Made by a program: the position numbers and the translations under genes | Assembly (NCBI GenBank): GCA_905187815.1 | Contig: CAJJJM010000003.1 | Span: 63,575 to 127,574, forward strand | Origin: an uncultured Methanomassiliicoccaceae archaeon | GTDB lineage: Archaea; Thermoplasmatota; Thermoplasmata; Methanomassiliicoccales; Methanomethylophilaceae | DNA length: 64,000 nt | Reading direction: 5' to 3' | Shown here: positions 20,407-30,245 of the stretch, piece by piece | Position numbering within the stretch: the first letter of the stretch is position 1 | How the letters are laid out: each line of letters begins with the position of its first letter | The notes under the pieces: generated by a model | Databases searched by the model: none | The model's input: only the letters and a program-made list of their open reading frames with translations | What the model was told of the DNA's origin: nothing

Positions 20407-21711
20407 TCAGTCCCTCATACATCCGATGGGGATCACATGTATCCCATCGGGGCGAGTGTAGGCATATCCGGTGCCGGTGATGATGGCCATGAACGAGAGC
20501 TTGTTACGCTCTTCGATGTCCACTTTCTCCTTCAGTCTCTTGAGTCCGCTGGCCGCCTTATCAACCTTGTCCGGTGACAGCTTGATTTCTATCGCTCCCC
20601 ACCTTCCATCGTTGAGATGGACGATGCAGTCCACCTCCAGGCCGGTGCTATCGCGGTATGCGTAGAGTTTCCCATTGTTAGACTGAGCATATGTCCTCAA
20701 ATCCCGGATGGCCATACACTCGAACAACAGCCCTTCGGTCTCCGGGTCGAACTCTAGGTCTCTTGCTCCTGCGCCGAGGAAGTGTGCTGCTATGGCTGGA
20801 TCGCATAGATACCTCACGTCGGACTTCCTAATCCTGGCCTTCGATCTCAGCTTGGGGCACCACGCAGGGAGGTTCTCAATCATACAGATGTCCTCAAGGG
20901 CATCCATGTAGGAGAGCATCGTGTCCATGCTCATCGCCTTACCCTCGGTCTCAAGCTCATCTAATTGGTGGTCGGATTCGTCTTTGCTGATTCCCAGGAC
21001 ATCGTTGTAGATTGCTGTATCCGAAACCGCCGTGGAGACGTTCCTGGCGAGAGACCTTAGTATGAGCTCCATCTTTCTACGGTTCCTCTTCTTTCCATCA
21101 ATAAATATGTCCGAATCGAGGATGGCCTCGCAGTAGTCTGTTATGATGTCCCCATCATTCCCGGAGAATACCGCATCCGGCCATCCTCCGCGGACGATCA
21201 ATCTGGCGATGTCGGACGCAGTGTGAGGTGATATCCCAGACACGCTCCCCTCAGTGAACAATCTGCCTAAGGAGACCTCTCCGCTTGAATCACCTGATTC
21301 GTAAAGGCTGAGTGTTCTCATGACGACCTTGGCTATGCGTCCCGCACCGGAATGTTGTCTGATGGCGGGCCTGTAGGTTGTGGATCCGGTGAGTATGTAG
21401 AGTCCTTTGGCATGTCTTCTGTCTACGGAGTACCTGACAGCGTCCCAGAGTCCAGGTTCCATCTGCCATTCATCGATGAGACGGGGATTTTCTCCCTCCA
21501 GTAGAAGGGACATGTGGAGGCTTGCTATCTCGTGATAGCGTTTTGAGTTGTCTGGGTCCTGCATATAGATGGCACTCTTGCAGAACTGTTCGGCGGTCGT
21601 CGTCTTGCCGCACCATTTCGGTCCGATGATCACGACTGCTCCGAACAGCCGCAGTTTCTCGGCTATTATGCTATCTACAAGTCTCGATTTGTACTCATAC
21701 TCAAGTTGCAC
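20407..21711 (-). CDS. AAA family ATPase with DUF4143 C-terminal domain (AAA_14-type)
   Basis: Walker A GPKWCGKTT, 434 aa; gene has visibly lower GC than neighbours; GTG start. Confidence 0.8.
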   Translation of the reverse strand: MQLEYEYKSRLVDSIIAEKLRLFGAVVIIGPKWCGKTTTAEQFCKSAIYMQDPDNSKRYHEIASLHMSLLLEGENPRLIDEWQMEPGLWDAVRYSVDRRHAKGLYILTGSTTYRPAIRQHSGAGRIAKVVMRTLSLYESGDSSGEVSLGRLFTEGSVSGISPHTASDIARLIVRGGWPDAVFSGNDGDIITDYCEAILDSDIFIDGKKRNRRKMELILRSLARNVSTAVSDTAIYNDVLGISKDESDHQLDELETEGKAMSMDTMLSYMDALEDICMIENLPAWCPKLRSKARIRKSDVRYLCDPAIAAHFLGAGARDLEFDPETEGLLFECMAIRDLRTYAQSNNGKLYAYRDSTGLEVDCIVHLNDGRWGAIEIKLSPDKVDKAASGLKRLKEKVDIEERNKLSFMAIITGTGYAYTRPDGIHVIPIGCMRD

Positions 21712-21740
21712 AGTGGTTACATAGAATAAGATGTAATTAA

Positions 21741-21830
21741 TTCATTCCCATATTTGCACATGGATTCATTCCAATATTTGCACATGGATTCATTCCAATA
21801 TTTGCACATGGATTCATTCTCTGTTGTGCA
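21741..21830. repeat. 24-bp tandem direct repeat, ~3.5 copies (ttcattccaatatttgcacatgga)
   Basis: Copies at 21741, 21765, 21789 and partial at 21813, read directly from sequence; AT-rich; immediately upstream of the DUF4143 ATPase start. Confidence 0.8.
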
Positions 21831-22164
21831 TATTCTTTCTTTCAATCTCCCAAAGTGTAGGTTACCGTCGACATGCTATCATTCTCAGATCCACACACGA
21901 GATTACGTATCAGCAACTGAACTGTTTTATATCGCAGATGAATCCCCGCAAGCACGGAGTTCAGATGCCGTCAATGATGGCAACTGCCGTGGAGGGTTTT
22001 TCACCCTCAGGCCGCATGGGTGCGAGAGCAGGACGTGCGGAGGCCGAATCCCCTGTGGGATCAGTTCTCATAGTTCTCATTTCTAGCAACGCTTATATAT
22101 CACCTCCATATACCAACGCCCGTGATTGCCCATCGTTTCGACGAAGGGCGATGCGAGGTATCAA

Positions 22165-22594
22165 TATGGTAACCGTCTACGACGTCCCTGCCGAGCAGCT
22201 CATACTCAAGACGGCCCAGAAGCTCAAGGAGAACCCCAACATCGTTCCCCCTGAGTGGGCCGAGTATGTCAAGACCGGCAGGCACACAGAGAGGGGCCCC
22301 ACACAGGACGACTGGTGGTACACTAGGGCCGCCTCCATCATGAGGAAACTGTACGTTAAGGGACCGATGGGATCCTCCAGGCTCGCCGCCGAGTACGGCG
22401 GATTCGCCGACAAGGGATCCATGCCCAACAGGGCAGTCAAGGGAAGCCGCAACATCGCCAGGAAGTGCATGATGCAGCTCGAGGCGGCCGGCTATCTGGT
22501 CTCCAAGGACAAAGAGGGCCGTGCTATCAGCCCCGCGGGACAGTCCCTTCTGGACAACACCGCCAAAGAGGTCTACGACGAGATGAGGGCCTGA
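22165..22594 (+). CDS. rps19e: 30S ribosomal protein S19e
   Basis: MVTVYDVPAEQLILKTAQKLKENPNIVPPEWAEYVKTG... classic eS19 N-terminus; 143 aa. Confidence 0.9.
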
Positions 22595-22606
22595 GGAGGA
22601 ATCGGC

Positions 22607-22936
22607 ATGGAAGATCCCGAATTGGAGGCAATCAGACAGAGGAGGATGGCCGAGCTCCAGCAGCAGGCCCAGAACCAGGCGGCTCAGGAGGAGCAGGCCA
22701 AGAGGATGGAGATGCAGAAGCAGAACGCCCTCAGGCAGATCCTCACCACCGAGGCCAGGCAGAGACTGGCCAACATCAGGCTCGCCAATCCGCACATGGC
22801 GGACACTGTCGAGATGCAGCTCATCCAGCTCGCCCAGAGCGGCAGGATTCAGGGAATCATCGATGACACCATGCTGAGGAACATCCTTGCGCAGATCACC
22901 CCCCAGCAGAGGGAGATCACCATAGAGAGGAGATAA
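22607..22936 (+). CDS. DNA-binding protein (PDCD5/TFAR19-like, archaeal)
   Basis: 109 aa, Gln/Glu-rich helical protein in conserved archaeal position between S19e and L39e. Confidence 0.75.
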   Translation: MEDPELEAIRQRRMAELQQQAQNQAAQEEQAKRMEMQKQNALRQILTTEARQRLANIRLANPHMADTVEMQLIQLAQSGRIQGIIDDTMLRNILAQITPQQREITIERR

Positions 22937-22938
22937 TC

Positions 22939-23094
22939 ATGTCAAGCACAAAGGCCCCCGCAATGAAACAGAGGCTGAACAAGAAGGTCAACCAGAACCG
23001 CCGTGTCCCGGCCTGGGTCATGCTCAGGACCAACAGGCAGTTCCTCCGCCACCCCAAGAGAAGGTCGTGGCGCATGTCCAAACTGAAGGAGTGA
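22939..23094 (+). CDS. rpl39e: 50S ribosomal protein L39e
   Basis: 51-aa ORF not in supplied track ([51 protein letters not shown]); conserved position upstream of L31e. Confidence 0.8.
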   Translation: MSSTKAPAMKQRLNKKVNQNRRVPAWVMLRTNRQFLRHPKRRSWRMSKLKE

Positions 23095-23099
23095 TTCGG

Positions 23100-23363
23100 A
23101 TGGCAGACGAAATCGAGAGAATCATGGTCATCCCGCTCAGGGCCGCTAAGCAGGCACCCCGCACCCGCAGGGCCAAGCGCGCCATCAAAGAGGTCAGGGA
23201 GATCGTCATGAGGCACATGAAGGTCGATGCCGAGCACGTCTGGATCGACGCCAGTGTCAACGAGAAGGTCTGGGAGAACGGAATCCGCAACCCGCCCTCC
23301 AAGATCACCGTGAAAGCAGTCAAGTTCGACGACGGCCTCGTAGAGGTCTCGCTGGCTGAGTGA
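23100..23363 (+). CDS. rpl31e: 50S ribosomal protein L31e
   Basis: 87 aa; MADEIERIMVIPLR...KVWENGIRNPPSKITV typical eL31. Confidence 0.85.
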   Translation: MADEIERIMVIPLRAAKQAPRTRRAKRAIKEVREIVMRHMKVDAEHVWIDASVNEKVWENGIRNPPSKITVKAVKFDDGLVEVSLAE

Positions 23364-23367
23364 TACG

Positions 23368-24030
23368 ATGATGAGGTTCTCTCGCCACTCGGGCAACCCC
23401 AACATCGGAGTCTTCGCCGCGGCGAACGAGAGCCTCGCCTTCACCTCCGCCGACGCCTCCCCGGAGTTCGTAAGGGCTCTCGAGGAGGCGCTCGGCGTTC
23501 AAACCATTAAAACGACCGTCGCCGGGGCCCATGTCATCGGCTCCCTGATGGTCATGAACTCCAACTGCGCCGTCGTCTCCGGTCTCACCGAGGAGAGGGA
23601 GGTCGAGGTGATCCAGGAGCACATCCCGGGCTACAGGCTCGACGACGCCCTCAACGCGGCCGGTAACAACATCCTCGTCAACGACCACGGAGCCATCGTC
23701 AGTCCCGAGTACGGGCGCGAGGTGGCCGGACCGCTCTCCGACGCCCTCGGGGTGGAGGTCGTGTTCTCGTCGATCGCCGGCTGCAACACTGTCGGATCGG
23801 TGTGCAGGGCCAACAACAAGGGCTGCGTATGCCACATGGACACCTCCGACGAGGAGGTCCAGCTCATCAAGGACGTTCTCAAGGTCCAGGAGGTCGTCAG
23901 GACCTCAGTCAACCACGGTTCCCGCATGGTTGGCGCCGGCGTGGTAGCCAACTCCAAGGGTGCAGTCGTGGGGGACGAGACCACTCCCATCGAGATGGGG
24001 AAGATCGAGGACGGGCTCCTGCTCTACTGA
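23368..24030 (+). CDS. eif6: translation initiation factor 6 (aIF6)
   Basis: 220 aa; pentameric repeat pattern of eIF6 (RFSRHSGNPNIGVFAAANES...). Confidence 0.9.
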   Translation: MMRFSRHSGNPNIGVFAAANESLAFTSADASPEFVRALEEALGVQTIKTTVAGAHVIGSLMVMNSNCAVVSGLTEEREVEVIQEHIPGYRLDDALNAAGNNILVNDHGAIVSPEYGREVAGPLSDALGVEVVFSSIAGCNTVGSVCRANNKGCVCHMDTSDEEVQLIKDVLKVQEVVRTSVNHGSRMVGAGVVANSKGAVVGDETTPIEMGKIEDGLLLY

Positions 24031-24080
24031 GCGGTCCCGCCTCCAATTTTTTCTCACATTCCCTGTCGGCAGGACGGGCG

Positions 24081-24725
24081 TCAGCGGTCGAAGACCCAGC
24101 ATTCCTTCATCATCCCGTCGATGTCCTCGCGGGTGACGTCGATCTCGTTGCCGATGTAGTCGACGGCCTCCTCGGGGATCATGTCAAGGAAGTCGTCCAG
24201 AGGCGAGATGGGGATCGAGAGTCCGCCCACACGGTAGTGCATCGGGACTATGATGTTGGGATTGACCAGCTCGATGAACCTCCTCACCTCGGACAGGGGC
24301 AAGGTGAACGTCTCGCCGACAGGGACGAAGAGCATGTCCACATCCTGGATCTTGGCGATGACGTCGTCATCGGGTATGCATCCCATGTCGCCGCAGTGGC
24401 AGACGGACACTCCGTCCATCTCGAAGTAGTACATTGTGTTGGGACCGCGCTCCGAGCCTCCGACCGCGTCGTGGCATGAATGGAGCCCCTGGACGGTCAG
24501 TCCCTTGATGTTGAACATCCCTTCGCGTCCGAGGACATCGTCGTGTTTTCCCCTGACCACGCGGACGGCGTTGTGGTCGTAGTGGTTGTGGGTCATCAGG
24601 ACGATGTCCGCAGACACCGCCGGCGGTTTGATGCCGATGGAGCGTCCATCGTGGGGATCGATGACCACCGTCAGCCGGGAGTCTCCGAACTCGAAGCAAG
24701 AATGACCGTGCCATCTGACCCTCAT
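24081..24725 (-). CDS. MBL-fold metallo-hydrolase
   Basis: ~214 aa from ATG at 24725 (MRVRWHGHSCFEF...), HxHxDH motif (THNHYDHN). Confidence 0.75.
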   Translation of the reverse strand: MRVRWHGHSCFEFGDSRLTVVIDPHDGRSIGIKPPAVSADIVLMTHNHYDHNAVRVVRGKHDDVLGREGMFNIKGLTVQGLHSCHDAVGGSERGPNTMYYFEMDGVSVCHCGDMGCIPDDDVIAKIQDVDMLFVPVGETFTLPLSEVRRFIELVNPNIIVPMHYRVGGLSIPISPLDDFLDMIPEEAVDYIGNEIDVTREDIDGMMKECWVFDR

Positions 24726-24842
24726 GCCGCCGATATCGAGGGCACTTGTATAAAAAATTGTTAGTTTGAGCCCGCTCCATGGACGGTCTCGCCCGGGTCC
24801 GGACAGCGAAGGATGATATGTAGGTTGGGCGATACACCCGGT

Positions 24843-25970
24843 ATGAAGAAGACTCTGGTCCTGGTCGTGGACAGGGATGACGACTTCGGCGTCAAGGGGA
24901 AGGTCAACACCCCGGTCATAGGCGTTCAGAACTGCCTCGATGCGGCCACAGCCTTCGGAATCGCTGATCCGGAGGATTCGGACCTCAACGCGCTTTTCGC
25001 CGCGGTCAGCGTCTGTCTCGAGATCCAGGAGGACGGCCACGAGGCCGATGTGGCGCTCATATGCGGTGACGAGAAGGTCGGTCACCGTTCCGACCTGGCC
25101 CTAGTCGCTCAGCTCGAGGAGGTCCTCGACGAGATCGAACCAGACAGCGTCGTCCTGGTCGGGGACGGGGCGGAGGACGAGTACATCTACCCGATCATCT
25201 CGTCACGCGCGCACGTCGACTCCGTCAGGAAGGTGTACGTCAAGCAGGCGCCTGGGATCGAGGGGTCCTTCTACATCATCACCAAGATGCTCTCGGACCC
25301 GGGCAAGAGGAAGAGGTTCCTCGTCCCCCTGGGGTTCATAATAATCCTGTTGTCGCTGTTCTTCATCATGCCGACCATCATGGTCTACGTGCAGGACCAT
25401 GACATCAACACCCTGGCGGGCATGTCCGGAAGCTTGGCGTTCTTCTTCATCGGCCTGGTGCTTATCCTGTACGGATACAACGTGGCCGAACGCTACGAGG
25501 AGTTCAGGAAGAACCTCATAGCATCCCTGGCCGGCGACACCACGCGCTTCATATTCCTATGCATATCGCTTAGCATCATCCTCGTGATGGGTGTCTGGAA
25601 CTACCTGGAGGTCGGCAACCTCTACATCACCAGCATCATGCAGTGGGCGCTCTACTACGTGACGTCCATGGTATGGCCTGTCATAGTCGCCCTCATGGTC
25701 TACATCATAGGGTCCGCGATCCAGGACTACCAGTCCCAGGGCACCATCAAGCTCAGCCTGATCTTCAGCAGCACCGGTCTCATGAGCCTCGGTCTCGTCG
25801 CCATCGGGATCCTGGACATGGTCTCCTTCTTCGGAGGCCTCTCTTCATCCTTCGAGCTGGCCCTCGGCGAGATCGTCGGCGGTGTCGTCCTGTCCATTCT
25901 CAGTTCGTTCGTGAAGGGCCGCATGAAGCCAGCCAAACCGCCGGAGGCGCAGACCGATGGAGTGGCCTGA
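24843..25970 (+). CDS. DUF373 family archaeal membrane protein
   Basis: N-terminal MKKTLVLVVDRDDDFG soluble domain followed by multiple TM helices; archaea-specific family. Confidence 0.7.
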   Translation: MKKTLVLVVDRDDDFGVKGKVNTPVIGVQNCLDAATAFGIADPEDSDLNALFAAVSVCLEIQEDGHEADVALICGDEKVGHRSDLALVAQLEEVLDEIEPDSVVLVGDGAEDEYIYPIISSRAHVDSVRKVYVKQAPGIEGSFYIITKMLSDPGKRKRFLVPLGFIIILLSLFFIMPTIMVYVQDHDINTLAGMSGSLAFFFIGLVLILYGYNVAERYEEFRKNLIASLAGDTTRFIFLCISLSIILVMGVWNYLEVGNLYITSIMQWALYYVTSMVWPVIVALMVYIIGSAIQDYQSQGTIKLSLIFSSTGLMSLGLVAIGILDMVSFFGGLSSSFELALGEIVGGVVLSILSSFVKGRMKPAKPPEAQTDGVA

Positions 25971-26625
25971 GTGGGAGCCCGTCTACCTGGAGATCCTCTC
26001 CGACATGGGGTACGACCGTCTCGAGGACGAATCCTGCGTCAGGGTGCTCAAGGCGGTGACTCTGAACTCCGACCTCATCACCGAAGACGAGGCCGCCGGA
26101 TATTTCGGCGAGACCGCAACCGTGTTCGGAGACGCACCGTGCCTCGAGTCTGACATCTCGGACCTTCCGCCGGAGGGCACCCTCATCTCCTCCGGCTCCG
26201 CGGTCCACAGGCTCCTCGACCTGGGGATCGTCCCGGAGGTCGTGGTCACGGACCTCGACGGGGACATAGGCGCACAGCTCGAGGCGAGCTCCGGCGGCGC
26301 CCTCACATTCATCCACGCCCACGGTGACAACCAGGACCTGGTCAGGACCTATGCGGGCTCATTCAAGGGGCCGGTGATCCTCACCACCCAGTCCCGTCCG
26401 GAGAACACGGTGTTCGACTTCGGCGGATTCACCGACGGCGACAGGGCAGTATGCATCGCGCAGAGCTTCGGTGCCAGGCGCGTGATCCTCGAGGGGTTCG
26501 ATTTCGACGACCCCAATCCGAAGGCCGGTTCGGATATGTTCGTCAAGCTCAGGAAGCTCTTCTGGGCGAGGAGGATCATCGGAATGCTCGGGAATCGTTT
26601 GGAACTGATATCACCGAGGGTCTGA
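25957..26625 (+). CDS. mptE: 6-hydroxymethyl-7,8-dihydropterin pyrophosphokinase, archaeal MptE-like (DUF115)
   Basis: 222 aa matching archaeal MptE/DUF115 pattern (VVVTDLDGD..., FIHAHGDN, RVILEGFDFDD). Confidence 0.65.
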   Translation: MEWPEWEPVYLEILSDMGYDRLEDESCVRVLKAVTLNSDLITEDEAAGYFGETATVFGDAPCLESDISDLPPEGTLISSGSAVHRLLDLGIVPEVVVTDLDGDIGAQLEASSGGALTFIHAHGDNQDLVRTYAGSFKGPVILTTQSRPENTVFDFGGFTDGDRAVCIAQSFGARRVILEGFDFDDPNPKAGSDMFVKLRKLFWARRIIGMLGNRLELISPRV

Positions 26626-26675
26626 CGGGTCCACATTTATAGGAGAAGCAATTACCGACGTCCGAGGGACCCCGG

Positions 26676-28283
26676 ATGGATCTAGCGTATCTGATTCTCA
26701 TAGTTCTGGCAGTCATCTACGTTCCCATCTGGGTATGGGTCTGGCGCAAGCCCGAGCAGGCGGAGAGGTACCATCTCTGCAAATACGGCCCCTGCATCAT
26801 GATCAAGACCCGTCTCGGCTTCAAGACCATGGACCGCCTGTGCAAGTACACGCGGTTCTGGAGGGCGTTCGGCTTCTTCTCGAAGCTGGTCTCCGCCGTG
26901 CTGTTCCTCCTGATGATGTACATGCTGGTCGTCGCCATCATCGCCGTCCCGAGCAGGATGGCCAGCGGATCCTCGATCGGCATAGAGTACGCCCTGGCGA
27001 TCCCCGGCCTCAACCCGATGCTGCCCCTCGTATACGGCGTCATAGCCCTCGTCGTCGCCATGGTCGTCCACGAGCTCGGCCACGGCATTCAGGCCCGCGC
27101 CAACGGCGCCCGCGTCGACTCCTCCGGGCTCCTGTACGGGGTCGTCCCACTGGGTGCGTTCGTCGAACCCAACGAGGAGGACATGAAGAAGAAGTCCCGC
27201 AGGGCGCAGATGGACATGTACACCGCGGGCATCTCGGTGAACACCGTCGTCGCCATCCTGTGCTTCGCACTCCTGGTGGGATGCTGCGGGACCCTCTCGT
27301 CCGATTATGAGGACGACGCGGGGGTTTATTACATGGACGACGGCTCTCCGGCATACCTCGCCGGCATACCGGCCTCGGCCATCATCACCGGCGTCAGCGA
27401 GTCCACTGTCTACGACCCCTCCGACCCGTCGACCATCCAGTCCGTCGGGACGTCGGTCGTCGACGGCTCCGTGTCTCTGGACGCCGATGTTGACCCGCTT
27501 CACTACTATTATGTGCAGTACGTCTACAACGACGAGACGTACGTCACGGAAGAACCCATCCAGATGGGCGTCTACGTCCGCTCCCTGACCTCGGGGGGAC
27601 CGGCGGACCAGGCGGGGATCGAGAACGGCGAGTTCATCTATTCTATTGTGATAGGCGAGGACGAGCACACCGTCGGCTCCATATCCGAGTTCAGGCAGGT
27701 CATGGACGCCACGTCCCCCGGCCAGACCGTCAAGGTGGGCATCGTCCAGACCGTCGCATATGGCAGCGTCTACGACCCCTCCGTCCAGCACGTCACGGTG
27801 ACCCTGGGCGACAACGGCAGCAGGAGCCTCCTGGGCGTGACAATGTCGACATCAGGCATGACGTTCACGACGCCCGGCATCCTGCTGGACCGCGCCATGA
27901 ATCCGTTCTACGGCGCCGACTCGGCATACTCGTACTTCACATCCATATTCAGCTACCTGTCCGGACCCTTCAACGGCATGGATCCGATCTCGGACGAGGT
28001 CCAGTGGTGGTACGACGCACCGATGGGCGAAGTGATGTGGTTCATCATCACCCTGCTGTACTGGCTGTTCTGGTTGAACATCCTCCTGGCGATCTCCAAC
28101 GCCCTTCCGGCCTATCCGTTCGACGGAGGATTCATATTCGCCGGAGGCGTCAGCTGGCTGTGCGAGAAGCTGGGGGTGCGCGACGAGGAGCGCCGCAACC
28201 GCATAACAGAAAGCGTCTCGGGCAGCGTGTCGACAGTGGTTCTGTTCATGTTCATGATAGTGGTGCTGTCGTTCCTGATGTGA
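26676..28283 (+). CDS. site-2 protease (M50 family) with PDZ domain
   Basis: HELGH zinc-binding motif in TM helix, central PDZ-like segment (GGPADQAGIENGEFI), C-terminal TM helices with LDGG motif. Confidence 0.8.
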   Translation: MDLAYLILIVLAVIYVPIWVWVWRKPEQAERYHLCKYGPCIMIKTRLGFKTMDRLCKYTRFWRAFGFFSKLVSAVLFLLMMYMLVVAIIAVPSRMASGSSIGIEYALAIPGLNPMLPLVYGVIALVVAMVVHELGHGIQARANGARVDSSGLLYGVVPLGAFVEPNEEDMKKKSRRAQMDMYTAGISVNTVVAILCFALLVGCCGTLSSDYEDDAGVYYMDDGSPAYLAGIPASAIITGVSESTVYDPSDPSTIQSVGTSVVDGSVSLDADVDPLHYYYVQYVYNDETYVTEEPIQMGVYVRSLTSGGPADQAGIENGEFIYSIVIGEDEHTVGSISEFRQVMDATSPGQTVKVGIVQTVAYGSVYDPSVQHVTVTLGDNGSRSLLGVTMSTSGMTFTTPGILLDRAMNPFYGADSAYSYFTSIFSYLSGPFNGMDPISDEVQWWYDAPMGEVMWFIITLLYWLFWLNILLAISNALPAYPFDGGFIFAGGVSWLCEKLGVRDEERRNRITESVSGSVSTVVLFMFMIVVLSFLM

Positions 28284-28292
28284 TCGCGTGAG

Positions 28293-29246
28293 GTGAGGAA
28301 GATGATGGAGATATTCGAGATGCAGGACGGCAAGCCCGTGAGGACCGACTCGATAAAGGACGACGTCTGGATAAACCTCGTCAATCCCACCACGGAGGAG
28401 ATAGACCAGGTCCAGGCCGCGCTCCAGATCGACCGCGAGGCCCTCACTGCCGCTCTGGACGACGAGGAGGGATCCAGGACGGAGGTGTCCCAGGAGTACA
28501 CCCTGATCCTGATCGACGCCCCTGCCAGGGAGTGGAGGAACAACCGCGAGGAGTTCACCACATACCCCCTGTCCATCACAATCACAGACCGCGCCGTCGT
28601 CACCGTCTCTCTGCTGGAGCTGTTCGCGATAACGAACATCACGGTGGGTAAGAACAAGAACATCAACACGGTGAACGTGTCTAACAGGGCCCGCTTCGTG
28701 CTTCAGATCCTGTTCCGCGTGGCGATGAACTACCAGGCAGATCTCAAGTACATCGAGGTCAAGAGGATGGCCATCGAGGAGTCCATCAGGAAGGCCACCC
28801 GCAGGGACGACCTTTTCGAGCTCCACGAGCTGGAGTCCAACCTGGTCTACTTCAAGACCAGTCTCAGCGTGAACAGCTCGGTCATCGGCAGGATCGGGAG
28901 GATGTCCTTCTTCATGTCCAGCCCTGAGGACCGCGATCTGATGGACGACGTGATCATCGAGACCAACCAGGCCCTGGAGATGACCACGACATACAGCCAG
29001 ATAATCAAGGGTACCAGGCAGCTGGTGGAAGCGGACCTCAACAACTCGCTCTCGACCATCATGAAGTTCCTGACCTCGATCACCCTCATCATAGCCATAC
29101 CGACGCTGGTCGCAAGCTTCTACGGTATGAACGTCACCCTCCCGGGCGATGACTACCCTTATACGTACATCGTGCTTCTGGGCGTCATGGCCGTCATATG
29201 CATCGTCGCTATCTGGCGTCTGCAGAAGCGTGGCATGTGGCGTTGA
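28293..29246 (+). CDS. corA: magnesium/cobalt transporter CorA
   Basis: YGMNV (GMN) motif before the final TM helix, two C-terminal TM segments. Confidence 0.85.
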   Translation: MRKMMEIFEMQDGKPVRTDSIKDDVWINLVNPTTEEIDQVQAALQIDREALTAALDDEEGSRTEVSQEYTLILIDAPAREWRNNREEFTTYPLSITITDRAVVTVSLLELFAITNITVGKNKNINTVNVSNRARFVLQILFRVAMNYQADLKYIEVKRMAIEESIRKATRRDDLFELHELESNLVYFKTSLSVNSSVIGRIGRMSFFMSSPEDRDLMDDVIIETNQALEMTTTYSQIIKGTRQLVEADLNNSLSTIMKFLTSITLIIAIPTLVASFYGMNVTLPGDDYPYTYIVLLGVMAVICIVAIWRLQKRGMWR

Positions 29247-29258
29247 CGGAGCGATAGA

Positions 29259-30245
29259 ATGTCGATAGAGAAGATTGCAGAGGCGATTCGCAGCTACCCC
29301 GGTGTCACCAGGAAGCATGCCATCCACAAGATCGTGGATCTGCTCCCGACACAGGCTTTCCCACAGGTCGTGGCGGCCGAGGGGGAGGATGCGGCGGCTA
29401 TCGACGTCGGCGACCAGTACATCCTCTTCGCCGCTGACGGCATCATGGAATCCCTGGTGAACACGAACCCCTACTACGCCGGCTACTTCGCCGTCCTCGT
29501 CAACGTCAACGACATAGCGGCCATGGGCGGAAGGCCCCTGGGGATGGTCGACGTTATGTCCATCGTCCACGGGGAGGTCTGCAGGGAGATCATCCGCGGT
29601 ATGAAGGAGGGCATCCGCAAGTTCAACGTCCCCATCGTGGGCGGACACGTTCATCCCGACTGCCACTACAACGCCATCGACATCTCCATCGTCGGCAGGG
29701 TCGCCAAGGACGCGCTCCTCAGGAGCAGCACCGCCGAACCCGGGGACGACATCGTCTTCGTCGTGGACATCGACGGTTTCTATCCCGACGACCTCCCGTA
29801 CGCGTTCGTCACAACCGTCGACAAATCCGACGAGGTCGTCCGCGCCCAGATGGAGGCTGCCGCCGTCGTCGGTGACAGGCATCTGGCCCATTCCTGCAAG
29901 GACATGAGCAACCCCGGCAGCATCGGGACGCTCGGTATGATGCTCGAATCCTCCTCCGTCGGAGCACTGGTCGATGTCACCAAGATCCCGCGCCCCGAGG
30001 GAGTCGACGAGGTGAAATGGTACCTCTCCTACCAGGGATGCGGATTCTGCTTCGCCTGCTCCCCCGAGAACTCCCAGGAGATCATAGACATCTTCAAGGA
30101 AGTCGGATGCGAGGGCGCAGTCGTCGGAAAGGTCGACGATACCAGGCAGATGAAGATCACGGACGGGAAGGACACGGCGGTCCTCTTCGATTTCGAGAGC
30201 GAGATCATCACCGGATGCAGGCCCAAGGAGAACAGAAGTGCCTGA
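29259..30245 (+). CDS. AIR synthase-related (PurM-like) protein
   Basis: 328 aa with PurM-like N- and C-domains (AAIDVGD..., VGGHVH). Confidence 0.65.
   Translation: MSIEKIAEAIRSYPGVTRKHAIHKIVDLLPTQAFPQVVAAEGEDAAAIDVGDQYILFAADGIMESLVNTNPYYAGYFAVLVNVNDIAAMGGRPLGMVDVMSIVHGEVCREIIRGMKEGIRKFNVPIVGGHVHPDCHYNAIDISIVGRVAKDALLRSSTAEPGDDIVFVVDIDGFYPDDLPYAFVTTVDKSDEVVRAQMEAAAVVGDRHLAHSCKDMSNPGSIGTLGMMLESSSVGALVDVTKIPRPEGVDEVKWYLSYQGCGFCFACSPENSQEIIDIFKEVGCEGAVVGKVDDTRQMKITDGKDTAVLFDFESEIITGCRPKENRSA

Noticed and set aside
21741-21830. Possible CRISPR array
   Set aside because: The repeats are contiguous with no spacers, only ~3.5 copies are present, and there are no cas genes nearby. This is a simple tandem repeat.
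21754-22086. 110-aa ORF beginning MHMDSFQYLHMDSFQYLHMDSF
   Set aside because: It is simply the translation of the 24-bp tandem repeat array, not a credible protein.
26682-29891. Long minus-strand ORFs (369 and 679 aa) antisense to the M50 protease, corA and the PurM-like gene
   Set aside because: Forward-strand genes carry clear family motifs (HELGH, GMN). The antisense ORFs are Asp/Gly/Val/His-rich artefacts.
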